A stretch of 64,000 nt of DNA from Candidatus Marinacidobacterales bacterium. GTDB lineage: Bacteria; Acidobacteriota; Vicinamibacteria; Marinacidobacterales; DATDRI01. A program made the translations under genes and the position numbers. Below are positions 49,725 to 59,868 of the stretch, piece after piece. The notes beneath the pieces are model-generated. The model ran no database searches, was not told the origin of the DNA, and saw nothing but the letters and a program-made list of their open reading frames with translations. The stretch's first letter is position 1. The number at the start of each line of letters is the position of its first letter. The stretch lies in assembly GCA_965219415.1 (NCBI GenBank), contig CBDCNP010000002.1, positions 1,472,001 to 1,536,000 on the forward strand. The letters are read 5' to 3'.

Positions 49725-51743
49725 CTAACGGTGGACGAAGGGCGCCTTGGAGCGGGGTCCGTTCTTGATGAAGTTATCGACGCCGATCCGCATGTCCTCG
49801 AGCCCGCACCCTTCCCCGAAGCAGCGGGACTCGAAGCGCAAACCTTGCTCCAAACACATCTTCGCTCCCTCGAGGACCGCCTTCTGAAGCACTGCGTCGA
49901 CGGCGCGGGATAAGTGACCGATCTCTACATCCGGTAACTCGGCCGGAGGTTCGACTGGGTCGCGCCCGATTCGCTTCAGTGCCTTCTGCCCGGAAGCGGC
50001 CCGCTTCGCAAAGGCGACTGCCGCGGCGACCAAATCACCTTCGACCTCTTCATCAATGAGACCGATGTCTACTGCCTCGGCGCCCGAGATGGGGCGGCCG
50101 GTGCGCAACATAGGCCATGCAGTCTCGAAACCCACGAGCCGCGGGAGACGCTGCGTCGCGCCGGAGCCTGGGATGATTCCCAGGTTGGGCTCTGGCTGAG
50201 CGGCTAGGATTCCCAAGCCTTTGCGAGCCATCCGCCCGTGACACGCCATGGCCAGCTCGTTGCCCCCACCGAAGGCAAGCCCGTTGTAGGCGCAGATCAC
50301 AGGCTTCGCAAAGTTCTCGATGTGATTCATCGTGGCGTGGGAGCTTTGCGAGAGCCTCTCCCCTTCCTCGGCTGACAGGACGGCCGCAATCATCGAGATG
50401 TCGGCTCCGGAGACGAAGGCCTTCCGCCCGAAGCCCGTGATCACCACGCCTTGGATGCTGTGGTCTTCGGCGATGGTGTCCAAGTGCCGATCGAGCTGAG
50501 CGTAGACGTCTTGGTTGAGCGCATTGAGTACCTGTGGCCTGCGGATAGTGAGGATGGCGATCCTCTCCGCGTCGCGGCGCAAGACGTGGGAAATTTTCCA
50601 AGGCTTGCCGGATTCCGCCTGGCGCACGAGGCTTTCCGCCACAGGGAAACTCTCGTGAACTTGCTGGTAGCTGCGCACGAGCTCCAGCGCCTTCGATGGG
50701 CCCAGCTCGTTCATGAACTGGAATGGTGGCCGCATCACCAAACCGATTTGAATGGCCATTTCGAGGTCCGCCACGTTGGTAATCTCGCTGTCGAGGACTT
50801 CACCCACCAAGCCGAAGAAGGCCCCGTGCAAGCGCTTGGTAATCTTGGCTTCGGCCTCCGGCGAAACATCTGGGGTCTGACCCCGCTTGGCCGTATCCCA
50901 GGGTCGCCCTTCTTTCATGACCCGGCGCATGAGCTCCGGGGTCTTGAACCACGGATGCACGCTTTCGCCCATCTCGTCCAGCCCGTGTGCAGTGAGCGGA
51001 TTACCGCCCGTCAGGTTCATGGCGGTGAACGGGCCGACTCCGAGCCCCAGAGCCTTGGTGGCAACGTAGTCGACCGCTTCGACCGTGCCCAGTCCTTCCT
51101 CGACTGAGAGTGCGGCCGCTTGAAAGATTCCCTCGAAGACCGGATCCACCGCGTAACCGTAGCGGCTGCCCACGCGAATCGGAACCTTGCCGATGGCTTC
51201 GTAGAATTGAAGCAGCCAGTCGACGACACTCTCGTCGGTTTTCGCGCTCGGGACAATTTCAACCAGCGGGTTGCGCTCCGCGGGAAAGAAGTAATGGACC
51301 ACCAGAGCCCGCGAAGGTTCCTGGGATTTGGCAAAGATCCGCTCCGGCTCGAGGTGGGACGAGTTCGAAGCTAGGATCGCGTCGGGGGCGGCCAGCTCTT
51401 CGACGTGCGCGAAGATGCGTTGCTTCAGTCCCTCATCTTCCGAAGCGGCCTCAATGACCAAGTTGGCACCGGCCAGCTCCTGGTAATCTCCGGTGAAGGT
51501 GACGTTGGCCTTCATGGCTTCCGCCTGCTCCGCCTTGAATGCCTTGGTCTCGACGCCCTTATCGAACTTCTTGACTAGCTTTGCGCGTCCCGCCGCAAGA
51601 GCATCGAGCGCAATATCCACCACCACGGGAACGTCGTGATCATGAAGCACCTTGGTGAAGTGGAGGGCGATGTCGGGACCGATCTGGCCAGAGCCGACGA
51701 TGCCGACCTTGGAGAGTCTTCTCGTTCCTAAAACGTAGGCCAC
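49725..51743 (-). CDS. 3-hydroxyacyl-CoA dehydrogenase / enoyl-CoA hydratase fusion (HAD N-terminal)
   Basis: VGSGQIG, IEAASE, SNSS; C-terminal AFVSGADI, AFGGGNE, GIIPG; GTG at 51743. Confidence 0.9.
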   Translation of the reverse strand: MAYVLGTRRLSKVGIVGSGQIGPDIALHFTKVLHDHDVPVVVDIALDALAAGRAKLVKKFDKGVETKAFKAEQAEAMKANVTFTGDYQELAGANLVIEAASEDEGLKQRIFAHVEELAAPDAILASNSSHLEPERIFAKSQEPSRALVVHYFFPAERNPLVEIVPSAKTDESVVDWLLQFYEAIGKVPIRVGSRYGYAVDPVFEGIFQAAALSVEEGLGTVEAVDYVATKALGLGVGPFTAMNLTGGNPLTAHGLDEMGESVHPWFKTPELMRRVMKEGRPWDTAKRGQTPDVSPEAEAKITKRLHGAFFGLVGEVLDSEITNVADLEMAIQIGLVMRPPFQFMNELGPSKALELVRSYQQVHESFPVAESLVRQAESGKPWKISHVLRRDAERIAILTIRRPQVLNALNQDVYAQLDRHLDTIAEDHSIQGVVITGFGRKAFVSGADISMIAAVLSAEEGERLSQSSHATMNHIENFAKPVICAYNGLAFGGGNELAMACHGRMARKGLGILAAQPEPNLGIIPGSGATQRLPRLVGFETAWPMLRTGRPISGAEAVDIGLIDEEVEGDLVAAAVAFAKRAASGQKALKRIGRDPVEPPAELPDVEIGHLSRAVDAVLQKAVLEGAKMCLEQGLRFESRCFGEGCGLEDMRIGVDNFIKNGPRSKAPFVHR

Positions 51744-51744
51744 G

Positions 51745-52923
51745 CTACTTTGTTCGTACCATGAGCTCGGGGTGTCGATCCAAAACATCGAAGATTGCAG
51801 CGACGTCTTCCGGCATGTTGTAGTAGTGAAAGCTCAGGCGTAGGCCGTCGTGGCGGGCGGAGGTGATGATTCCCTCCTTTTCCAAGACGGCGACAGACTT
51901 GTCGGAGTCGGTTGAACGTAGCACCACCAGGGGCCCGTGCTCGGCGGGATCATCCGTGGTCAAAACGTCGATGCCTCTTTCATGCGCCTTGCGAATCGTT
52001 TCGGCAACCAACTTCTCGACGTGGCGATGGACGCGCTCGAGCCCCACTTCCATTACCAACCGGATGCCGGCTTGGGCGGCATAGAGGCTAGGTACTGGCG
52101 GCGTCCCCGCTTCGAAGCGACGAGCCGTCGGGTGGTACGTCTGCCGCTCGACGTCGAAGGCGAATGGATTCTCTTGCGCGAACCACCCCGTCATCGTCGG
52201 CTCCAGCTTCTGGATGAGCTCCTCCCTGACATACAAGAACGCGAGTCCGGAGGAACCGAGGAGGTACTTGTAGCACCCACTCAATAGGAAATCACAGTCC
52301 AATTCCTTGAGGTCAATGGGACGCGTTCCACAGCACTGATAGTCGTCAACCAGGCAATAGGCGCCGGCCTCTCGAGCCGCCCGTGCCACGCCGCGAACAT
52401 CCACCCGGAAACCGTTCCAGAAGCAAACATGAGTCGTGGGGACGAGCAACGTTTTCTCGTCGATACCGAGGGCATGGGCCTCGACCGGTAGCCTGTTCCC
52501 TTCAGCCCTAATCCGAGTGATCTGGGCTCCGCGCTTTTGCTGCGCGAGCCAGATTTGCGCCGAAGTTGGAAACTCGAAATCGCCGAGCAGGATCTTGTTG
52601 CGTTCCCCGCTGAAATCCAGGGCGCTGGCGAGCACGCTCATTGCCGTTGACGCACAATACGTCAGCGCCAATTGGTCGGGTGGGCAGCCGAGAAACTCGG
52701 CGTAGGCGGAACGAGTGCTTTCTAGAACCCCCACCCACTCACCCCAGGGGGAACCGCCGGTCCGCCAAGAGTGGAGGTAGCGGTCGTAGGCCTCTTCCAC
52801 TTCTCCCGAAAGGGCCCCCTTCGCGCAGCTATTGACGAGTATCTTGGACCTAAAGATGGGGAAACGCTTGCGGAACTCGGCGGGAGTGAGCTCCGCCGTT
52901 TGTGGGCTGACTACCTTTGCCAT
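51745..52923 (-). CDS. Aminotransferase class V PLP enzyme (kynureninase-like)
   Basis: DDYQ, GCYKYLLG, PTMTGWFAQ, RFEAGTP; ATG at 52923. Confidence 0.85.
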   Translation of the reverse strand: MAKVVSPQTAELTPAEFRKRFPIFRSKILVNSCAKGALSGEVEEAYDRYLHSWRTGGSPWGEWVGVLESTRSAYAEFLGCPPDQLALTYCASTAMSVLASALDFSGERNKILLGDFEFPTSAQIWLAQQKRGAQITRIRAEGNRLPVEAHALGIDEKTLLVPTTHVCFWNGFRVDVRGVARAAREAGAYCLVDDYQCCGTRPIDLKELDCDFLLSGCYKYLLGSSGLAFLYVREELIQKLEPTMTGWFAQENPFAFDVERQTYHPTARRFEAGTPPVPSLYAAQAGIRLVMEVGLERVHRHVEKLVAETIRKAHERGIDVLTTDDPAEHGPLVVLRSTDSDKSVAVLEKEGIITSARHDGLRLSFHYYNMPEDVAAIFDVLDRHPELMVRTK

Positions 52924-52951
52924 GGCCGCCGATCCTACCACGGCCACTGCG

Positions 52952-53389
52952 CTAGTTCCTGGACGGTCCGCTCTCGCTCGGTTCCAGCGTTTGGAGCGCC
53001 CCGCGTAGTTGTTTGGGCAGCGGGACCGCTTTGAAAGTGGCGCGCGAAACGGCCGCCGCCACAATGTAGCCCTCGACGAGCAGTGTGCGCTCGGGGAGAC
53101 GATGGACCTCATAGACGAGCTTGAAGCTCGACCGCCCCAAGCGGCCGAGCTTCATCTCGATGGATAGCAAATCACCGAAGCGCGCCGGCGACTTATAGTC
53201 ACAGTGCGCGGACACCCTCGGCAACCAGATGTTCTCTTTTTGTAGAAAGCCCTGGTAGTCGATCTTCTGTGCTCTCATCCACTCCACTTCCGCCATCTCG
53301 AAATAACTCAAGAAACGAGCGAAATAGACGACCCCTACTAGATCGACGTCGGGCCACGGAACACGGTGCTCGATGCCAAAGCGATCCAC
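52952..53389 (-). CDS. Acyl-CoA thioesterase (4HBT/YbgC hotdog fold)
   Basis: DVDLVGVVYFARF, DYKSPARFGD. Confidence 0.88.
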   Translation of the reverse strand: MDRFGIEHRVPWPDVDLVGVVYFARFLSYFEMAEVEWMRAQKIDYQGFLQKENIWLPRVSAHCDYKSPARFGDLLSIEMKLGRLGRSSFKLVYEVHRLPERTLLVEGYIVAAAVSRATFKAVPLPKQLRGALQTLEPSESGPSRN

Positions 53390-53396
53390 GTTCGCC

Positions 53397-54878
53397 CTAT
53401 TTCTTGATCGATCCCACCCAGCCCTGTAGCTGCTTGGAGGCAATATCTCGCCCTCCCAGCCCGAACGCCAGGGCGGCAGCGACCGCGACCGAGCCCAGCA
53501 GGATGCCGAAGGCTAGCTCTATGATCTCGTTGGCCAGTCCCATCTGTCGCAACGCGATCGCGCCGGACAAGATGATGATCGAGATGCGAGCTACCACGGC
53601 GAACAGCCCAGCCTGAGCCGACGAGCTCGCCTCGATCGTACTGGCAGCCAGGTTGGCGAGATAGAGACCCACTCCAAAAACGACCAACCCTAGGACTACC
53701 TGTCCCGCGAACACGACGAATCCCGACACCAAAGCCGCCAGACTCGCGAAGCCGAGTAGCCCAGCTGCTTCGATAGAGGCGAAGAGCATGATGCCGACCA
53801 GGATGAGATAGCCCCCGATGGCGGAAGGAGTGCGATCGGCTTTCGAGATTTGCCGACCTTGGCTAGGCCGATCCGGTCCAGCACATTGTCGAACCCAGCT
53901 CCCGCCAAGAGATTGCTGACGAGCGACGAGACGAGCCGGCCTTACGACGTACGCCAGCGTCAAGAGGATCGCCGCGGCGAAGATCGAGGGAATCGCAGCC
54001 ATGAGACTCGCCAACATGTTGCTGGCCGGGCGAGTGACAGCCTCGAGCGCCAAGGCATTGAGAGAAGAGATCAACACCGGGACCAGGATGAGAACGTAGA
54101 CGATCAACCCCAGAAGGCCAGAAAGCTGGCGAGTCCCCAGTGCCTTACTGATCCCGACCTTCTCGCCCAAGCGATCGGCATCGAGGGCGGCAAGTAGGTT
54201 GGTGACGATTCGCTGCACGACCCGGGGCGATGAACCAGCCGACCGCGAGGATGACGCCCGCCGCCAGAATGTTCGGCAAGAAGCTGAGAATCTTATCGAC
54301 CAGATTCTGTACCGGAGTCAGCAACCCTTCCAGTGGGAGTGCTGACAGGATGGCAGGAAGAAAAAGGAGGAAGACGAGCCAGTAAACGGCGTCCGCCAAC
54401 GTTTTGCTCAGTGGCGCGGCCTTGTCTCTCTTCAGGCCCGCCTCGCCGCCGAGGCGCTCATCGAGTTTGGCCATTTCGAGCGCGCCACTCACGATCTTTC
54501 TGAGGAGCGTCGCCAATAGCCAGGCGGTCAAAACCAGAACCCCAGCCCCAATAAGCTTGGGTATGTACTCGAAGAGCTGATTTAAAAAAGCGGTAAGCGG
54601 CTGACTTATGACGGTGAGCTGCAGAGCGTTGAAAAACCCCACCACTGCAAAGATCAAAATTATGTAGTAGACGGCCTTGGCGGCCCATCTTCTCGACTTC
54701 GAAGCTTTTGACCTTCTTTTCGTCCAGAATCCATTCCGCGAGTCGATTGTCCAGAGTCGTGCGTTTGAGCGCTCCCCTGGTAATGGCTGCCCCCAAAAGG
54801 GCTGACCAAGGCGCCTAGAATGCGGACGACTTGGGGGCCAAGTAGCGCTGTCAGCTGAGCGATAGTTTCCTGCATCAT
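53397..54878 (-). CDS. CmpX-like/MscS TM-helix-repeat membrane protein (indels)
   Basis: Repeated PKLIGA, PNILAA and PSIFAA helices; C-terminal ALAFGLGGRD. Confidence 0.8.
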
Positions 54879-55024
54879 TTCCCTGCATAGCTCTCCCTCC
54901 TTATGAATCAAGTAATTAGCACGTGTGTCCTATTTGGGGATCCGACGTCTGTCACATCCGGAGATCTGACCCCTGTCCTGTGTTCACAAATCTGACCCGT
55001 GTCTCAGGCGCCCCGAATCCTCTA

Positions 55025-56224
55025 TCAGGTGACCTTGGCCTTGGCCCCAGGTGGAAGCGCATGGCGCTCATAGGCCTTGGTCTCCAGAATCTCTCCAATC
55101 TCTTCAATCGTTAGATCTAGCTCTTCGTCTTTGGTGTAGAAATGCGGTGACACACGGATGCCAGCATGGGGGCGATAATCCACGAGGAAATCCCGCCTCA
55201 AGAGCTCGCGCGAGACCTCGTACGCATGAGGCACCATGATCGACACCGTACCCCCGCGGCGCGAGGGGTCGGCAGGCGTTCGCGTCTCGTAGCCTTTCTC
55301 CGCAGCGAGCTCCATCAGCCGCGAAGTCTGCCGCGTGGACTTCTCCCGAATCTTCTCAACGCCGATCTCGGAAACGATTCGGCAGCCCGGCTCGACGGCA
55401 TAGAGCGCGGGGACACCTGGAGTTCCGTTCAAGAACCGGTAGCCGTCTTCCCGATACTGAATCGCTCCAGTCTCGAAATCGAACGGATGCGGATGTGCCA
55501 TCCACCCCGTCAATCGCGGCTCCAGCTTCTGCACCAGATCCGGTCGCACATAGAGGAACGCTCCTCCCGGTCCTCCGCAAAGCCACTTGAGCACGCCGCC
55601 CACCGCGAAGTCGGCGTCGAGCTCCTTGATGTCGAAGGGGACGATCCCGGCGGACTGAAAAACATCCAGGATAACGTAAGCCCCCATCTGGTGGGCATGC
55701 TCGATGATGGCGCGACCATCCTGTACGTAGGCGCTTTGGAATAGAACGTGTGAGATCGGAACCAGCAGCGTCCTCTCGTCGATGGCGGCGATAACCTTCT
55801 CGGTGGGGACACTGATGCCGTCTTCAGATTTCACCATGACGACTTTCGCTCCCCGGCTCTTCTGCGCCTCGTGGAGGTACATCACCGAAGGAAAGTTCAT
55901 GTCGGTGTAAACGATCCGATTGCGGGGCGGCTCGAAGTCGAAACACGAGGTCACGATGGCTTCGGCGATCGTCACGTTCTGGTGCATCGTGATTTCGCCG
56001 GGCGCGGCGCCAATGATTTCGCCGACGAGGTTCCCGACCGCAACCGGCATATCCATCCAGCCGTCCCCCCAGGCACGGATACCGCGCGTCGACCAGGTGT
56101 CCGCGTACTCGCGCATGCGGTCATAGACCCCGCGGGGCATCGCGCCCAACGAGTTGCTGATCATGTAGACAGTGTTCTGGAGAATGGGAAACTGGGGCCG
56201 CCAGCTGAGAAGGTCGTCCATCAC
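55025..56224 (-). CDS. Kynureninase-like PLP enzyme
   Basis: NSLGAMP, DVFQSAG, LKWLCGGPG, PRLTGWMAH, RFLNGTP. Confidence 0.85.
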   Translation of the reverse strand: MMDDLLSWRPQFPILQNTVYMISNSLGAMPRGVYDRMREYADTWSTRGIRAWGDGWMDMPVAVGNLVGEIIGAAPGEITMHQNVTIAEAIVTSCFDFEPPRNRIVYTDMNFPSVMYLHEAQKSRGAKVVMVKSEDGISVPTEKVIAAIDERTLLVPISHVLFQSAYVQDGRAIIEHAHQMGAYVILDVFQSAGIVPFDIKELDADFAVGGVLKWLCGGPGGAFLYVRPDLVQKLEPRLTGWMAHPHPFDFETGAIQYREDGYRFLNGTPGVPALYAVEPGCRIVSEIGVEKIREKSTRQTSRLMELAAEKGYETRTPADPSRRGGTVSIMVPHAYEVSRELLRRDFLVDYRPHAGIRVSPHFYTKDEELDLTIEEIGEILETKAYERHALPPGAKAKVT

Positions 56225-56391
56225 GAATTAAGGCATTTTTCGTAATCGTTCTTGCCCTTACCGGGGAGAACAGACTCCGACTCGCTCATTGAAAAGCCTC
56301 CTGGGCAGGACCCAGGAGATTATATGCGGGCTCCGGGGCCCCGACAACCACACATTGTTATCGCTGCGCGAGGGTACTAAACTACAGCCCG

Positions 56392-57793
56392 TTGCGTTAC
56401 CGCTTTGCCGACTTCATCCTCTCCCCTTCGCACCGGACCCTTCTTCGCGAGGGCAAAGAAGCTCCCATTATTCCTCGCTATTTCGATCTCTTGCAGCTCC
56501 TCATTGCGAGGCGAAACGAGGCCGTCCACCGCCAGGAGATTCTGGATACAGTTTGGAAAGGATGTGATCGTCTCGGATGGCGCCCTCACTCAGGCAGTCA
56601 GAACCCTAAGGCGAACCCTGGGCGACGATTCCAAGGAGCCCGTTTTCATCCGTACCGTATCGCGCCACGGCTATCGGTTCGTTTTCGCCGATGTCGTCGA
56701 AGAAACCGACGACACTCCTCTATCGATCGCACCGCCTTCCATAAAGCAGTCTGGCGAGTCCGAAGACGACGCCTGGGAATCCGTCCTCGAGCGGCTGCTC
56801 ATCCCGAGCTCCGGTGCGGCAGAGCCCGACGACGATGACAGCCAACGGGAAGCGGCGGAAGCACTTCATCTTCTTGGCACGTCCGAGGCGCTTCGACGGC
56901 TGGATCGACGGAAGGGACATGCGCAGGCTCGCGCTCTCCTCAGAGACACCCGCTGGGATGTGCCGACCGCCGAGCCGGTGCCGCTGCTAGGTGAGCCGGG
57001 TGGCGTTGCCGCCGCTTATCATCTTGTCGTGCTGCGACTCCGACGCGCGCTCCGTCTTGCAGGCGGTCGCTGGGTCGCCGCCGCAACGGGTGGTGCGTTG
57101 GCGGGCCTGGTTTGCGGGAGTTGCGGGCGGCCTCGTGCTTCGGTTCGGCCCCGGTTCCGTCGCAAGCGACGGCGTTCTCATCGCCTTGGCGATGGTGGGG
57201 TTCGTCATCGGAGGCGCGGGCGCGGCTGGCGTGGGGGCGGGATTAGCGGCTGCCGAAGCTGTTTTTCGATCGTTCCGTGGGGCCCCGCACTCGTGGTCAT
57301 GGGTGCGCTCGGGGGCGGCACGATTGGCGTTGCGGCGCATCTCCTCGGCCGCTTGACGCTAGAAGGCCTCTTCGGTCGAGACCTCTCGCCTGTCGCGGGG
57401 GGGTTCGAAGGGGTCGTGCTCGGAGGAGCAGCCGGGCTCGGTTACGCGCTTGGGACACCCCGAGCAGAAGGCGGGATGGCGACGCCCTTGGGAAGCACGC
57501 GGCTCTTCACCGCGCTTCTAACGGGAACCTGCTGCGCGCTCGGTGCCCTATGGCTCGGCTGGCAAGGAAGCTACTTGGGCGCCATGAGCTTGGACTTCAT
57601 GGCTCATTCTTTCCCCGGTTCTCAAGTGAGCTTGGATCCCTTGGCACGACTACTCGGCGAATCCAGCGCAGGAACGCTCACCCGAACGATGATCAGTGCC
57701 GGCGAGGGACTGATGTTCGGCTTCGGCCTCGCCCTGGGGCTGACCCACCGATCACGCCGACGCCCGCGGCGACCGCCTCCCCCGCTCATCTAA
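56392..57793 (+). CDS. Membrane-anchored OmpR/CadC-type winged-helix regulator (indels)
   Basis: YRFADF..FDLLQLL; VSDGALTQAVRTLRRTLGDD..FIRTVSRHGYRF; multi-TM Gly-rich C-terminus. Confidence 0.82.
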
Positions 57794-57821
57794 GCCTCAC
57801 TCACCTCTCACATTCCTATCA
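57785..57821 (+). promoter_or_regulatory. Four (C/A)TCA direct repeats at 11-bp period, putative wHTH operator
   Basis: CTCA at 57785, 57796, 57807 and ATCA at 57818; -10-like TACCGT near 57845. Confidence 0.6.
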
Positions 57822-57878
57822 TTTCTTGCCGGCTGCGCTCGGCTACCGTGGAAAGAGCGCGTCGGGAGGGAGAAGATT

Positions 57879-58389
57879 ATGTCGATCGATCTATTTGTCA
57901 GCGAAACCGTCGGGTCCACTTTCAAAGTCTGCAATGACCTCGTTCACTTGAATACCGAGGAGCGTTGTCAATTCATTGATCTTACCGAGCTTGTAAGAGA
58001 GAGAGTAAGACGGTCGGGAGTGACCTACGGGTTCGTCAACGTCCACACCAAGCACACGACGACCGCGCTTCTCGTCAACGAGAACGAGCCCCTGTTGCTC
58101 GAAGACTTCCAAGAGCTGATGGAGCGATGGGCTCCGCAAGGCAGACCGTACCGCCACAACCACCTTGAGGCTCGACTCGAGGCACCACCCGGCGAGAGAC
58201 CGAACGGCCACTCCCATGCCCGCGCCCTTCTGCTCGGCATGTCCGTGAGTCTCAATATCACCGAAGGAAGAGATTCACCTCGGCGAGTTCCAGAACATCT
58301 TTCTCGTCGAGCTCGATGGGGTGAGGCGCAGAACGGTATCCATCCTCGTGCTCGGGTTGAGCGGGAACCCAGAGGAATCCCCGAGATGA
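57879..58389 (+). CDS. yjbQ: YjbQ/UPF0047 family protein (indel near 58270)
   Basis: HTTTALLVNENEP, YRHN, NGHSH, then LGEFQNIFLVELDG in the shifted frame; stop overlaps the next ATG. Confidence 0.85.
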
Positions 58390-59868
58390 AGGTCAAGATG
58401 ATCCTCCCCGCCCTCACGGAAGCCAAGAGCCCGTTCTTTCGTCCCATCAAGTACTCGCTTTTCCCACCCCTAGGTCTGGCAACGCTGGCTGGCTATCTGA
58501 ACGATGACGACGAGGTCGAAATCCGAGACGGGCACGTCGAAACGCTGACGCCCTCCGATGAGCCAGATCTGGTCGTGATCCAGGTTTACATTACGTCCGC
58601 CCATCGAGCTTACCGGCTTGCCGATCACTATCGGCGCAAAGGGGCGCACGTTGCCCTCGGGGGGTTGCACGTCACGTCACTCCCCGAGGAGGCTGCCCGG
58701 CATGCGGACTCGATCTTTCTAGGTCCGGGTGAGGACACGTGGCCTCGATTCTTGAAGGACTTCCGTGCTCGTTGTCCAAAGACTATCTACCAATCTCGAG
58801 TCCGAACGCTGGACGGTCTCCCTATCGTCCGACGCGATTTGATCAAACGACATCTCTACCTCGTCCCGAACTCGATCGTGGTCTCGCGCGGCTGCCCACA
58901 CGTCTGCGATTTCTGCTACAAGGTCGCCTTCTTCCAGGAGGGGAAGGGTTTCTACACGCAGCGCGTGGACGCCGCGCTCTCTGAGATCGATCGCCTTCCG
59001 GGACACCATTTGTATTTTCTTGACGATCACCTGTTGGGGGACGTCAAGTTCGCCACCGCGCTACTCGACGGAATGCGAGGCATGGGCCGCCTCTGGCAGG
59101 CGGCGGGACCGTCCAGTCGGTGCTGAAGCCGCGGCTTCTCGAGAAGGCTGTGCGATGTGGCCTTCGCAGCCTATTCGTAGGTTTCGAAACCCTGAGCCCC
59201 AAGAGTCTCCGCGAGCAGAGGAAGCACCAAAACGTGCACCAGGACTACCGCGCCGCGGTGCGGCGCCTACACGATCTTGGAGTGATGGTGAACGGAAGCT
59301 TCGTCTTCGGAATGGACGACGACGGCGGTACCGCCATCTCGCGCATCGTGGAGTGGGCCATCGAACAAGGAATCGAGACCGCGACGTTTCATATTCTGAC
59401 TCCGTATCCGGGGACGGCTCTTTTCAAGCGGATGGAGAGTCAGGGGCGCATCGTCCACCGAAATTGGACCCTCTACGACACACGGCACGTCGTATTTCGT
59501 CCGCGCGGCATCGGGGCCGAGGCCCTGGAGGCGGGATACTGGCGTGCGTACCGAGACTTCTACCGCTGGGGATCCATCCTGCGTGGCGCTTCCCACAAGG
59601 AGACATGGACGGGACGGTTGCGTCACGTTGCGTACGCCGGGGGATGGAAGAAGCTCGAACCGATGTGGGATGGGGCATCCGTGCGCGCCAGCTTGGCAGG
59701 ATGTTGCCAGTCCTCGAGGGTGTTCTGTCGGGACTACAGCAAGCGGGCGGCGCCGGCAAAAGAAACCATCTCACCCGCGGATTGGAACCGTTCCGAAGGA
59801 TCCTTGGCCATCGCGTGCAGGACGAGCTCGTCGAGCGCCGCCGGCACATCGAGGCCGCGCGATCGTAA
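58386..59868 (+). CDS. B12-binding domain radical SAM protein (indels)
   Basis: FPPLGLATLA, LGGLHVT, SRGCPHVCDFC, FVGFE, FVFGMD, LTPYPGT; 3' end uncertain. Confidence 0.87.

Noticed and set aside
57879-59126. Apparent YjbQ-radical SAM fusion ORF (415 aa) in the track
   Set aside because: The true YjbQ C-terminus (LGEFQNIFLVELDG) is in another frame and ends at an ATGA overlap at 58386-58389; the fusion is an indel artefact
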